This document shows positions 8,621 to 17,412 of a stretch of 64,000 nt of DNA, one piece after another (within the stretch, counting starts at the first letter, position 1; each line of letters starts with the position of its first letter). Source of the stretch: Candidatus Omnitrophota bacterium (lineage in GTDB: Bacteria; Omnitrophota; Gorgyraeia; Aquiviventales; Aquiviventaceae). Both the position numbers and the translations under genes were made by a program. Below the pieces are notes generated by a model. The model was not told where the DNA came from, made no database searches, and saw only the letters and a program-made list of their open reading frames with translations. The stretch lies in contig JACQHR010000013.1 of assembly GCA_016198905.1 (NCBI GenBank), forward strand, positions 6,153-70,152, in the 5' to 3' direction.

Positions 8621-9712
8621 TCACGACCGGCTCTTCGCCGTCTGCCGTAGGGCGGTTCGCTTCTGGTTCTTACTTCTGCCTACTGCCTTCTGCTGACTGC
8701 TTACTGCTGATTGCTTAGTGCTACTTCCAATCCAGGGCATCATGGCGCGCAGCTTAGCTCCGACTTGCTCGATGAGATGCTGTTCATCCTGCTGCATGAG
8801 TCGCGTGAAATTCGGGCGGCCGGCTTCATGCTCGGCGACCCATTCCTTTGCGAACTGACCCGACTGAATTTCCTTCAGCAATTGCTTCATCGTTTCTTTC
8901 ACGTGAGCGTCGATGACGCGCGGGCCGCAGTGGATGTCGCCCCACTTCGCGGTATCTGAGACGCGCTTGCGCATCCCCTGGATGCCGCTGGCCCAAAACA
9001 TGTCTGTGATCAATTTCAATTCATGCAGACATTCAAAGTACGCCACCTCGGGCTGATAGCCGGCCTCGACGAGCGTTTCGAATCCGGCTTTGATAAGCGC
9101 TGAGGCGCCGCCGCAGAGGACGGCCTGTTCGCCGAAATTGTCGGTCTCCGTTTCCTCTTTGAATGTCGTCTCGAGCACGCCGGCGCGCGTCGCCCCAATC
9201 CCTTTGGCCCATGCCAGCGCGATCGCTTTCGCCTGCCCCGTTGCGTTTTGATGGACCGCGATGAGGGCCGGCACGCCTTTGCCCTCTTGATATTGCGAGC
9301 GAACGAGGCTGCCAGGACCTTTCGGGGCGATCATCACGACGTCGACGCTCTTCGGCGGCTTGATCAACCCGTAGAGGATCGCGAAGCCGTGTGAAAATCC
9401 CAGCGCTTTGCCCGCTTTCAAGTTCGGCTCGATGGACTCCTTGTAAATCTGTCCTTGGAGCATGTCCTGCGCGAGCACGATGATGAGATCGGCTTTCTTC
9501 GTCGCCTCGGCGACAGACATCGGCGTAAACCCGTCGTGTTTCGCCAGGTCGAAGTTTGGTCCGCCAGGGCGCTGAGCGACAATGACCTTCACACCGCTAT
9601 CCCGCAGGTTCAATGATTGGCCGCGCCCTTGGATGCCGTAGCCGATCACCGCCACGGTCTTGCCCTTCAGCGCCTTGAGATCCGCGTCTTTCTCGTAGTA
9701 GATGTTCGCCAT
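8621..9712 (-). CDS. ilvC: ketol-acid reductoisomerase (class I) with a repeat-encoded C-terminal tail
   Basis: [40 protein letters not shown]... The KARI core ends near ...LRAMMPWI. The last ~30 aa ([35 protein letters not shown]) are read from the heptamer array at 8661-8726. Confidence 0.93.
   Translation of the reverse strand: MANIYYEKDADLKALKGKTVAVIGYGIQGRGQSLNLRDSGVKVIVAQRPGGPNFDLAKHDGFTPMSVAEATKKADLIIVLAQDMLQGQIYKESIEPNLKAGKALGFSHGFAILYGLIKPPKSVDVVMIAPKGPGSLVRSQYQEGKGVPALIAVHQNATGQAKAIALAWAKGIGATRAGVLETTFKEETETDNFGEQAVLCGGASALIKAGFETLVEAGYQPEVAYFECLHELKLITDMFWASGIQGMRKRVSDTAKWGDIHCGPRVIDAHVKETMKQLLKEIQSGQFAKEWVAEHEAGRPNFTRLMQQDEQHLIEQVGAKLRAMMPWIGSSTKQSAVSSQQKAVGRSKNQKRTALRQTAKSRS
8661..8726. 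repeat. heptamer array of ~9 units (TNCTGCN family) inside the ilvC 3' end
   Basis: ttctggt tcttact tctgcct actgcct tctgctg actgctt actgctg attgctt agtgcta. Confidence 0.8.
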
Positions 9713-9723
9713 TGGCCTTTTCC

Positions 9724-9786
9724 TTTGTGCTTTCTGCTGTGTGCTGTGTGCTTACTGCTGGGTGCTGAGTGCTGTGTGCTGCTCAG
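9724..9786. repeat. heptamer array of 9 units (TGTGTGC family) upstream of ilvC
   Basis: tttgtgc tttctgc tgtgtgc tgtgtgc ttactgc tgggtgc tgagtgc tgtgtgc tgctcag. Confidence 0.85.
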
Positions 9787-9788
9787 CG

Positions 9789-10268
9789 TTACTTTTCGAG
9801 CGCGACGCGGCCCGTGCGCACGAGCTTGAGCACGCCATACTTGCGCAGTTCGTCGACGAGCTGATCGAGCGTCTTGGTGTCCCCGGCCACTTCGACCACC
9901 ACGGACTGGTCGGTGGCGTGGGCTACCTTGGCGCCATAGCGCTGGGTGAGCGCTTCGAGCTTGGCCAGGGCAGCCCCGTTGACCTTCACCTGGGCCAGCA
10001 AGAGCTCGCGGTCGATGAAGCGGCCCTCCTTCATCTCCTGCACCTCGATCACGTCGATGAGGCGATTGAGCTGATTCTTCACCTGCTCGAGCTTCACCGC
10101 ATCGGCATCGACGACGATCGTCATGCGCGAGATCGTGGGGTCTTCCGTCGCGCTCACGGTCAAGGAGTCGATGTTGAACCCGCGCGCGCTGATGAGATTC
10201 GCCACGCGCGAGAGCACGCCGAAGTGATTCTCAACCAAACAGGAGATCGTGTGTTTTTCGCTCATCAC
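9789..10268 (-). CDS. ilvN: acetolactate synthase small (regulatory) subunit
   Basis: 159 aa. ACT domain HTISCLVENHFGVLSRVANLISARGFNIDSLTV. It lies adjacent to ilvB. Confidence 0.9.
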   Translation of the reverse strand: MMSEKHTISCLVENHFGVLSRVANLISARGFNIDSLTVSATEDPTISRMTIVVDADAVKLEQVKNQLNRLIDVIEVQEMKEGRFIDRELLLAQVKVNGAALAKLEALTQRYGAKVAHATDQSVVVEVAGDTKTLDQLVDELRKYGVLKLVRTGRVALEK

Positions 10269-10272
10269 ATCT

Positions 10273-10335
10273 CACGTGCATACGTGCAGATGCGCATACG
10301 TCCGCACGTCTACACGCCCACACGTCTGCACGTCG
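10273..10335. repeat. octamer array of 8 units (CACGTCTN family)
   Basis: cacgtgca tacgtgca gatgcgca tacgtccg cacgtcta cacgccca cacgtctg cacgtcgt. It lies in the ilvB-ilvN gap. Confidence 0.8.
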
Positions 10336-12093
10336 TTACCCAAGACTGAGCTTAGATTCTTCATCCGGGGTGGCGCGACGATGCTGCGGCACGCCGCCGT
10401 CTTTGCTCAGCATGGCGTAGGTGCCCAGCATTTGGAAGTGCGGCTTGCCGGGCGCGATCATGGGCCACACGTTTTCTTTTTGTTCCACGAGGAAGTCGAT
10501 GATGGTCGGACGGTCGGCGACACTCATGGCTTGTTCAATGGCCGGCCGCACGCCTTCTTTCTTATCCACCCGCAGGCCCACACAGCCATAGGCCTCGGCC
10601 AGCTTCACGAAGTCCACGACGTTCAGCTCCGAAGCCGCATAGCGGCTCTCGTAGAACTGGTCTTGCCACTGGCGCACCATGCCGTGGAATTGGTTGTTCA
10701 TGATGGCGATCTTGATGGGCAGGCGCTGCTTCGCGGCGGTGGCCAATTCCATCGATGTCATCTGGAAGCTGCCGTCGCCATCGATGTCCCACACCACGTC
10801 TTTCGGGCGGCCGAATTGCGCGCCGATGGCCGCCGGCAAACCAAAGCCCATGGTCCCTAAACCCCCGCTGGTGATGAGCGAACGCGGCTTGTTGAACTGG
10901 TAGTACTGCGCCGTCCACATCTGGTGCTGGCCCACCCCGGTAGCGATCACGGCGTCGCCGCGCGTCGCCTCGGCAATCTGCTGGATGATGTACTGCGGCA
11001 AGAGGCGGCCTTTTTCGCGGTACGTCAGCGGGTACTGGCGCTTCATCTCGGCCAGTTGCTTCAGCCAATCCGACGTATCAGCGCCCTTCACCAGTTTGTT
11101 CAGCTCGATCAAGACCTGGCGCACATCGCCCACCACCGCGTAATCCACGCGCACGGTCTTGTTGATGGACGAGGGGTCCACGTCGATGTGGATCTTCTTG
11201 GCGTGGCGCGCGAACTCATCGGGCTTGCCTGTCACCCGGTCATCGAAGCGAGCGCCGATGCCGATCAGCAAATCGCATTCGGCCACGGCCAGGTTGGTGT
11301 ATTCGAAGCCGTGCATGCCCAGCATGCCCAGACTCAGCGGATCCGACTCGGGAAACGCCCCTAAGCCCAGCAAGCTCGTGGTCACCGGCGCTTTGAGGGT
11401 CTTGGCCAACTGCAGCAGCTCGGCCGAGGCCCCGCTATGAATCACTCCGGCGCCCACGTAAATAATGGGTTTCTTGCTCTTGGCTATCGCCTCAGCCGCT
11501 GCGCGCACTTGCGCCATGTTGATCGCAGGTGCCGCTTGCAGCTTGTAGCCGCGGATGTTCACCTGCTTAGGATACTCGAACTCAGCTTCGTTCACCGTCG
11601 AGTCCACCGGCAGATCAATCAGCACCGGGCCAGGTCGTCCGGTGGCCGCGATATGGAAGGCCTCGCGCACCACGCGAGCCATGTCGCGCACGTCCTTCAC
11701 CAGGTAGCTGTGCTTGGTCACCGGACGCGTGATGCCGATGGTGTCGGCTTCTTGAAACGCATCATTGCCGATGACCGAGGTGCGCACCTGGCCGGTGAGT
11801 GCCACGATGGGAATCGAGTCCATATAGGCCGTGGCCAAGCCGGTTACCAGGTTGGTAGCACCCGGACCGGACGTGGCCAGACACACGCCCACCTTGCCCG
11901 AGGCGCGGGCGTAGCCGTCGGCCATATGCGAGGCCCCCTGCTCATGGGCCGTCAGCACGACCTTAATCGGGGATTGGTAGAGCGCGTCGAACGTCGGCAG
12001 GTTGACCCCGCCGGGGATGCCGAAGACCGTCTCGACACCCTCGCGCTGGAGGCATTCGATCAAGATTTGGGCGCCTTTGAGTTTTGTCGTCAT
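10336..12093 (-). CDS. ilvB: acetolactate synthase large (catalytic) subunit
   Basis: 585 aa. ThDP enzyme: GAQILIECLQREGVETVFGIPGG, and the ThDP motif GLGTMGFGLPAAIGA...DGDGSFQM..NN. Confidence 0.93.
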   Translation of the reverse strand: MTTKLKGAQILIECLQREGVETVFGIPGGVNLPTFDALYQSPIKVVLTAHEQGASHMADGYARASGKVGVCLATSGPGATNLVTGLATAYMDSIPIVALTGQVRTSVIGNDAFQEADTIGITRPVTKHSYLVKDVRDMARVVREAFHIAATGRPGPVLIDLPVDSTVNEAEFEYPKQVNIRGYKLQAAPAINMAQVRAAAEAIAKSKKPIIYVGAGVIHSGASAELLQLAKTLKAPVTTSLLGLGAFPESDPLSLGMLGMHGFEYTNLAVAECDLLIGIGARFDDRVTGKPDEFARHAKKIHIDVDPSSINKTVRVDYAVVGDVRQVLIELNKLVKGADTSDWLKQLAEMKRQYPLTYREKGRLLPQYIIQQIAEATRGDAVIATGVGQHQMWTAQYYQFNKPRSLITSGGLGTMGFGLPAAIGAQFGRPKDVVWDIDGDGSFQMTSMELATAAKQRLPIKIAIMNNQFHGMVRQWQDQFYESRYAASELNVVDFVKLAEAYGCVGLRVDKKEGVRPAIEQAMSVADRPTIIDFLVEQKENVWPMIAPGKPHFQMLGTYAMLSKDGGVPQHRRATPDEESKLSLG

Positions 12094-12145
12094 GGTAACC
12101 AGAGATTATAACACGGTGAGCCGCCGGACGAAAGCCGCCCGTTCG

Positions 12146-12862
12146 TTAAACGGCCTGCGGCGCGGGAGGAAGGACGCTGGTGGGGCGGTTCGGGCCGCGG
12201 ACTTGGCAGTCCTGCGGATAGAGGTAGAGCGGCACGAGCGCGCGGGCGTCATCGTGCTCGCCCTTAAGCCATCGCGCATATCCGAGGCGGCCTAACGTGG
12301 CGGCGCGCGGCAACCAGAACTCTTGCGGCGCTATCGTGGCATCCTGGCCGTGCTGACGAAGGCGCTCGGCATAGAGCCCGGCGCCATCTCCCAGGAACAC
12401 CGCCGGCTCCTTGATGCGGCCAAGCCATTGATCGATCGGACCTAAGAAGTAGTCGCCGTGCCTAACGAGCACACCCTCCTCCCACCGATACAGTGCGGCG
12501 TAAACGTTCTTCTGCTTGGCGTCCAAGATCGGACAAATCGCGCCGGGGGCAAATGGCAGTGCTGCCGCCAAGACTTCGAGCGAGGGCATGCCAACCACCG
12601 GAATCTTTGTGGGAAACGCCAGCGCCTTGACGAAGGAGAGCCCAATGCGCAAGCCGGTGAACGAGCCTGGCCCGCGATCCACAACGATGGCCTCAAGCTG
12701 ATGCAGTTTCGTCCGCGCCGCCTCTAAGACGCGCGTAACCGCACCTGGCAACTCGACGGCGTGTGGATAATCTACCAATAATTCATAGGAAGAGATGAGG
12801 CGGTCGCCATCAAGGACGGCCACACCCAACTGACGCCCGGAGGTTTCAATCGACAGGAGCAT
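12146..12862 (-). CDS. tsaB: tRNA t6A biosynthesis protein TsaB (YeaZ)
   Basis: MLLSIETSGRQLGVAVLDG..., GPGSFTGLRIG, and 238 aa. It overlaps tsaE. Confidence 0.85.
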   Translation of the reverse strand: MLLSIETSGRQLGVAVLDGDRLISSYELLVDYPHAVELPGAVTRVLEAARTKLHQLEAIVVDRGPGSFTGLRIGLSFVKALAFPTKIPVVGMPSLEVLAAALPFAPGAICPILDAKQKNVYAALYRWEEGVLVRHGDYFLGPIDQWLGRIKEPAVFLGDGAGLYAERLRQHGQDATIAPQEFWLPRAATLGRLGYARWLKGEHDDARALVPLYLYPQDCQVRGPNRPTSVLPPAPQAV

Positions 12863-13472
12863 CGGAGTCGCTTTCTGAAGGTGCGGCAGACGACGGCGCG
12901 GGCGTTGCGGGTGGCTGCAGGGCTGCCACGATCGATGCGGCGTGCGTCCCGTGCGCCACGACGGTGATGCGGCGGCGGTTCGTGCTCACGTGATTCAGAC
13001 GAATCTTAATATGATCTTCGGGCAAGAAACCCTCGAACCGCTCCGCCCATTCAATGAGCGTGATTTTATGCGGGGAAAAAATCAGATCCACGTCAAGCCA
13101 GGCCACCGCCGAGGCTCCCTCCAAGCGACAACCGTCGATGTGCACGAGTCCAGGATCGCCGCCCGCCCCCCCGGCCCGCTGGTCATCAGAGCCGGGGCGG
13201 GCGGCTTTCGTAGACGGCGGGCCGGGGGCGTACTCGCGCATGAGCACGAAGGTGGGGCTCTTGAGCGTCTCCTGCTCCCGTCCTAGCCCGCGCGCGATGC
13301 CCTGAATCATCGTCGTCTTGCCGCTGCCGAGCTCGCCGTAGAATGCGACGACGTCGCCTGCCTTCAGCAGACGCCCGAATTGCTCCCCCAACGCCTGAGT
13401 CTCTTCGAGCGAATGACTCACCAGTTCAAACGTTGATGCGGATTGAGAGGTTGCGGATGATCGTTTGCTCAT
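12846..13472 (-). CDS. tsaE: tRNA t6A biosynthesis ATPase TsaE (YjeE), carrying a GC-palindrome insertion
   Basis: GELGSGKTTMIQGIARGLG (Walker A), SPTFVLMREY ... VHIDGCRL. Between them lies a Gly/Pro/Ala/Arg-rich insert (APGPPSTKAARPGSDDQRAGGAGGDPG) encoded by the element at 13157-13230. Confidence 0.8.
   Translation of the reverse strand: MSKRSSATSQSASTFELVSHSLEETQALGEQFGRLLKAGDVVAFYGELGSGKTTMIQGIARGLGREQETLKSPTFVLMREYAPGPPSTKAARPGSDDQRAGGAGGDPGLVHIDGCRLEGASAVAWLDVDLIFSPHKITLIEWAERFEGFLPEDHIKIRLNHVSTNRRRITVVAHGTHAASIVAALQPPATPAPSSAAPSESDSDAPVD
13157..13230. repeat. GC-block palindromic element, family D copy 1 (inside tsaE)
   Basis: cGCCGCCCGCCCCCCCGGCCCGC-tggtcatcaga-GCCGGGGCGGGCGGC-tttcgtagac-GGCGGGCCGGGGGCG. 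It is the reverse complement of the uvrC copy, block for block. Confidence 0.75.
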
Positions 13473-13475
13473 CGT

Positions 13476-14483
13476 CTAGAAATGTTGAAAGCCTTTCGCG
13501 CGCAGCAGGGTGATGCGTCCGTCAACGCGCTGTAGCTCAACACGTGCGCCGCGTCTGACGACGGTGCCGATGCGCGTGACCGGGCACGTGCCGATTCGCG
13601 CGGGCACGCGCGCGGTATCCCGTGCGCCGACCGCAAACAGCAATTCGAAATCCTCGCCGTCGACCAGAGCATGATGCACAGAGCCCGCCGCCTGTGCAAC
13701 AGGAATCGCCGCCGCCTCGATGCGCAGCGTCACACGGCTGGCGCGGGCCAGCTGCCACGCATCTGACGCCAAACCGTCCGAGAGATCCATCATCGCATGG
13801 ACGCGCACGCGCGTGACGAGTGCTTGCGCCTCGCGCAGTCTTGGGATGAACTGCGCGTGCCGGCCGCTGCGTAACGAGCCGCCGAGCCGGCCAGTGACAA
13901 ACAGTGTGTCGCCGACCCGCGCCGTGCTGCGCAGCGTGAGATGACGCGGCTCAACCGTGCCAAGGATGGCGACGTCGATGATCAGTTGGGGCGCGCGGAC
14001 CGTGTCGCCGCCGACGATGGAGACGCCGAATCGTCTGGCGCAGCGCTCGAGTCCGTGATAGAGCCGATCCACAACCGCCACCGGCGTCGACGGCGGCGCG
14101 CCCAGCGAGACGACCGCCCATCGCGGCACCCCGCCCATCGCCGCGATGTCGCTGATGTTCGCGGCTAGCGCCTTCCAGCCGATCAAGGTGGGCTTGGTCA
14201 CTTCTTCTGTGCCCGCCGAAGATCCCACCACCTGTCGGTTCGCCGAAGGCGAATTCCGGCCCTTCGGGCCGGCCGGCAGGTGGTGGGATGGTGGCAGACG
14301 AAAGTGTATTCCCTCCACCAACATGTCACTCGCAAAGAGCAACCGTTTCGATGCCGGCGCGCGCAGCACCGCGGCGTCATCGCCGATTCCCACGATCACG
14401 GAACGGTCGCGGTGCAGTCGGCGTCTCATGCGCGCGATGAGCCCCACTTCGCCAAGCGCGTGCAGTAAACGCGGGATCGCCAT
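13476..14483 (-). CDS. thiL: thiamine-monophosphate kinase, carrying a hairpin insertion
   Basis: GEVGLIARM..., IGDDAAVL, DMLVEGIHF, ANISDIAAMGG, VGGDT, and 335 aa. There is an extra ~28 aa between HF and IGWKAL. Confidence 0.85.
   Translation of the reverse strand: MAIPRLLHALGEVGLIARMRRRLHRDRSVIVGIGDDAAVLRAPASKRLLFASDMLVEGIHFRLPPSHHLPAGPKGRNSPSANRQVVGSSAGTEEVTKPTLIGWKALAANISDIAAMGGVPRWAVVSLGAPPSTPVAVVDRLYHGLERCARRFGVSIVGGDTVRAPQLIIDVAILGTVEPRHLTLRSTARVGDTLFVTGRLGGSLRSGRHAQFIPRLREAQALVTRVRVHAMMDLSDGLASDAWQLARASRVTLRIEAAAIPVAQAAGSVHHALVDGEDFELLFAVGARDTARVPARIGTCPVTRIGTVVRRGARVELQRVDGRITLLRAKGFQHF
14224..14287. repeat. compound hairpin element inside thiL
   Basis: The outer 11-bp perfect inverted repeat is CCCACCACCTG (14224-14234) / CAGGTGGTGGG (14277-14287). 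It encloses two small palindromes: TTCGCCgaaGGCGAA and CCGGCCCttcGGGCCGG. Confidence 0.8.
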
Positions 14484-14489
14484 GACGGC

Positions 14490-15629
14490 CTACGATGACG
14501 CCGACAACGACCGCACCGTCATCGCGACGCCGATCAGCATCGTGTTGTGCACGACGTGCACGGCCAGCGAGCTCATCAGCGAGCCGGTCCGCTCATACAC
14601 GTACGCCAGCAGCACGCCCAACAGAAGAATCGGCAGAAAGCCGACCCAATTCGTGTGGACGAGCGCGAAGAGCCCTCCGCTGAGGAGCATCGCCCTGCGC
14701 ACCGATGTGCGCCCGCGAATGGCCGGGTAGACGACGCCGCGAAAGAAGCATTCCTCCGCCAACGGCCCGATCGCGCAGGCCAACACCACCGTCAGCCCGA
14801 GAACCAGCGGCCGGTGCTCCTGAAAAATCAGCTCCTGTATCGGCTCCGCCGGCGGCGTGAATCCGCACCAGCGCGCGACTTGAGCGATGAGAAACAGCAG
14901 CGCAAACATCCACGGAAATACCATGACATAGCTGCGAAGACCGACGCCGATGGAATGCGACAGATGCCTCGCAGAGCCGCTGAAGAATCGCCACACCGAG
15001 AGGCCCTTGCCCAACGCAAACACGGCGACCGTCAAGACGACAAACCCATCCAAGAACAGCATGGAGGCTGCAATCCACAGATGGTCGTCAGGGCCTTCGC
15101 CGTTGAGATGCGCCAGCATGGCGATGCGGACAAAGGGCATCAAGCTGGCAATGAGGAGCATCAAAAGGATGATGCGCGCCACTTCCGCCAGCGACCACCG
15201 TGGCAGGCGCGCGGCAGGCGTGCGCCAGAACGACGCGAACCCTCCGGCCCACATCCAACCAAACGAAAGAAACAGCCCGCCGATCGTCAGCCCGATGATG
15301 ATGACTCCCAGCGCGGTCACCGTCATGAACAATCTCGGGTGGCCGGCCACGCGCCGACGCACCGCCGCCTGCGTCAGCTCCTTGGGCCACCACTCAAGCG
15401 CCGGTTCGCGCAAGCGTGAGAACGTCGACGGCGCTTCAACGGACGGCACGGCGACGCCGACGCGCGCCTCGAACTGCTGCTCGAGCGCGTTCAGCTCATG
15501 TCTCACCGACGGCGGCCGGCCATGGACGTAGAGCCCCACCGCCACCGCGCCCAACACGACATAGAGGATCCACCCGCGCAAGAGGCGCTGCATCATCGTT
15601 GCCACGTCCGTCGATGGTTCTGGCTGCAC
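14490..15629 (-). CDS. CPBP-family intramembrane glutamic endopeptidase (CAAX protease-like)
   Basis: 379 aa, multi-TM. Motifs are EECFFRG (EExxxR), FALVH (FxxxH) and HVVHN. Confidence 0.75.
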   Translation of the reverse strand: MQPEPSTDVATMMQRLLRGWILYVVLGAVAVGLYVHGRPPSVRHELNALEQQFEARVGVAVPSVEAPSTFSRLREPALEWWPKELTQAAVRRRVAGHPRLFMTVTALGVIIIGLTIGGLFLSFGWMWAGGFASFWRTPAARLPRWSLAEVARIILLMLLIASLMPFVRIAMLAHLNGEGPDDHLWIAASMLFLDGFVVLTVAVFALGKGLSVWRFFSGSARHLSHSIGVGLRSYVMVFPWMFALLFLIAQVARWCGFTPPAEPIQELIFQEHRPLVLGLTVVLACAIGPLAEECFFRGVVYPAIRGRTSVRRAMLLSGGLFALVHTNWVGFLPILLLGVLLAYVYERTGSLMSSLAVHVVHNTMLIGVAMTVRSLSASS

Positions 15630-15692
15630 GCTCCAAGCTGCATGCCACAGAAAGCTGTGTTTCGCCTGAAGCCTGCAGCTTGTGGCTGGCAG
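15626..15692. repeat. degenerate CAAGCTG-family arrays/hairpin
   Basis: ccaagctgcatgccacagaaagctg ... cctgaagcctgcagcttgtggctgg. The same unit family occurs at 2647-2726. Confidence 0.55.
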
Positions 15693-15705
15693 CCGAGATC
15701 ATTCA

Positions 15706-17313
15706 TCATGTTGAAGTCGTCTTTTCAACTCGAGGAAACAAGACGGGATGCGGCCCGATAGCCTGTCCCGACTTCACGCCTGTCCATTGCGCCGCATCCG
15801 CGAAACGCCGAGGAGTCGTCCCGTGGCCCATCTGCTGCCAGATCGCATCGGCGACGGAAGGCATGAACGGATCGAGGGTGATCGCCACAATACGGATCAC
15901 CTCTGCGAGCGCATGGAGCACCGTCTGCAATCTTGGCGCAAGATCCGGCTGCTTCGCCAGTTTCCAGGGGGCAGCCGTCTCGATGTAGCGGTTCGCGCCG
16001 CTGACCACATCCATGATCGCTTCGAGTGCCACAGAAAATTCCATACGATCCATCGCGGCACTGACACGTCCTGCCAGGTCAACCGCCGCCTGTCGCAATG
16101 GTTCATCCTCGACCGCGCATCCCACAGGGCCTGCCGCGGGAATCTTCCCTGCGCCATACCGCTCCATCATGGAGAGCGTTCGGTTGACTAAATTGCCGAG
16201 GTCATTCGCGAGGTCCGCGCTCAGCCGCGTAAAGATGGCATCCTCGGAAAAATTCCCGTCCTGCCCAAACGGAATTTCCCGCAGGAGAAAATACCGATAG
16301 ACGTCGGCCGCGTACGGCTGTCCCTTGAGCACCTCGTTGATCACCACCGTCGGGTTCACGATATTGCCCAGCGATTTCGACATCTTCTGCTCGCCGATCT
16401 TCCACCAGCCGTGCGCGAAAATCATCGTCGGCATCAGCTCATCGGAAAACCCCAGCGCGTGCAGCATGATCGGCCAGTAGAGCGCGTGGTGGCGCAGGAT
16501 ATCCTTGCCGATAAAGTGCACATCCGCGGGCCACAGCCGGCAAAACGCCTCCGATGGCGGTGTTTCCCCGCGATATCCAGGCACGGTGATGTAATTCAGC
16601 AGCGCATCGAACCACACGTAGACCACGTGCTCCGGATCAAACGGCACCGGAATGCCCCACTTCACCCGGCTGCGAGGACGGGTGATGCACAGCGACTCCG
16701 GCAGCGGCTGCTCCAGTAGGCTCGTCAGTTCGTTGTAGCGGCTCTCGGGACGGATGAAGCGTGGGTGCGTCTTGATGAACTGCTTCAACCAGTCTTGATG
16801 CGCGCGCAGCGGCAAGTGCCAGCCTTCTTCTCTCACGGGATCGAGCGGCCGCTGGCACGACGGACACAACGGCTTGCCGGTTGTCGCCGTTCCGCCGAGC
16901 TCCGCTTCGGTCCAGAATGTTTCATCGGGCGTGCAGTACCAGCCTTGATACGACGATCGCTCCAATGAGCCTGCCTCGCGCAACTTCACCAGGATCTGCT
17001 GCACCGCCTCGACGTGGCGCGGCTCGGTGGTCCGAATGAAATCGTCGTAGCGGATGTTGAGGGTCGTCCAGAGCGTCTTGAAATGTTGGACCACCCCATC
17101 GACGAACGCTTGCGGCGTCTTACCGGCCGCCGTCGCCGCCTGCTCGATTTTCTGGCCGTGCTCGTCGGTGCCGGTGAGCAAGAACACCGGCTCGCCTTTC
17201 AGCCGATGGTAGCGCGCCAGGCAGTCCGCCGCTACTTCGGTATACGAGTGGCCGATGTGCGGAGCCGCATTGACGTAGTAGAGCGGCGTGGTGAGATAGA
17301 GGGTCTTAGCCAT
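15706..17313 (-). CDS. metG: methionine--tRNA ligase
   Basis: LYLTTPLYYVNAAPHIGHSYT (HIGH region), KMSKSLGN, a Cys knuckle (CPSCQRP), and 535 aa. Confidence 0.93.
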   Translation of the reverse strand: MAKTLYLTTPLYYVNAAPHIGHSYTEVAADCLARYHRLKGEPVFLLTGTDEHGQKIEQAATAAGKTPQAFVDGVVQHFKTLWTTLNIRYDDFIRTTEPRHVEAVQQILVKLREAGSLERSSYQGWYCTPDETFWTEAELGGTATTGKPLCPSCQRPLDPVREEGWHLPLRAHQDWLKQFIKTHPRFIRPESRYNELTSLLEQPLPESLCITRPRSRVKWGIPVPFDPEHVVYVWFDALLNYITVPGYRGETPPSEAFCRLWPADVHFIGKDILRHHALYWPIMLHALGFSDELMPTMIFAHGWWKIGEQKMSKSLGNIVNPTVVINEVLKGQPYAADVYRYFLLREIPFGQDGNFSEDAIFTRLSADLANDLGNLVNRTLSMMERYGAGKIPAAGPVGCAVEDEPLRQAAVDLAGRVSAAMDRMEFSVALEAIMDVVSGANRYIETAAPWKLAKQPDLAPRLQTVLHALAEVIRIVAITLDPFMPSVADAIWQQMGHGTTPRRFADAAQWTGVKSGQAIGPHPVLFPRVEKTTST

Positions 17314-17330
17314 GAGTTCTGAAGTTAGAT

Positions 17331-17409
17331 GCTGGAGACTGGAAGCTGGACAGGCTGAGTGTTCGACGCTGCTGTTTCCAGCTTCTAGCTTCCAATTTCC
17401 AGCTTCCTG
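17331..17409. repeat. inverted heptamer arrays (GCTGGAA / TTCCAGC) forming a hairpin
   Basis: Left array at 17331-17358: gctggag actggaa gctggac aggctga. Right array at 17375-17409: tttccag cttctag cttccaa tttccag cttcctg. Confidence 0.85.
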
Positions 17410-17412
17410 CTA

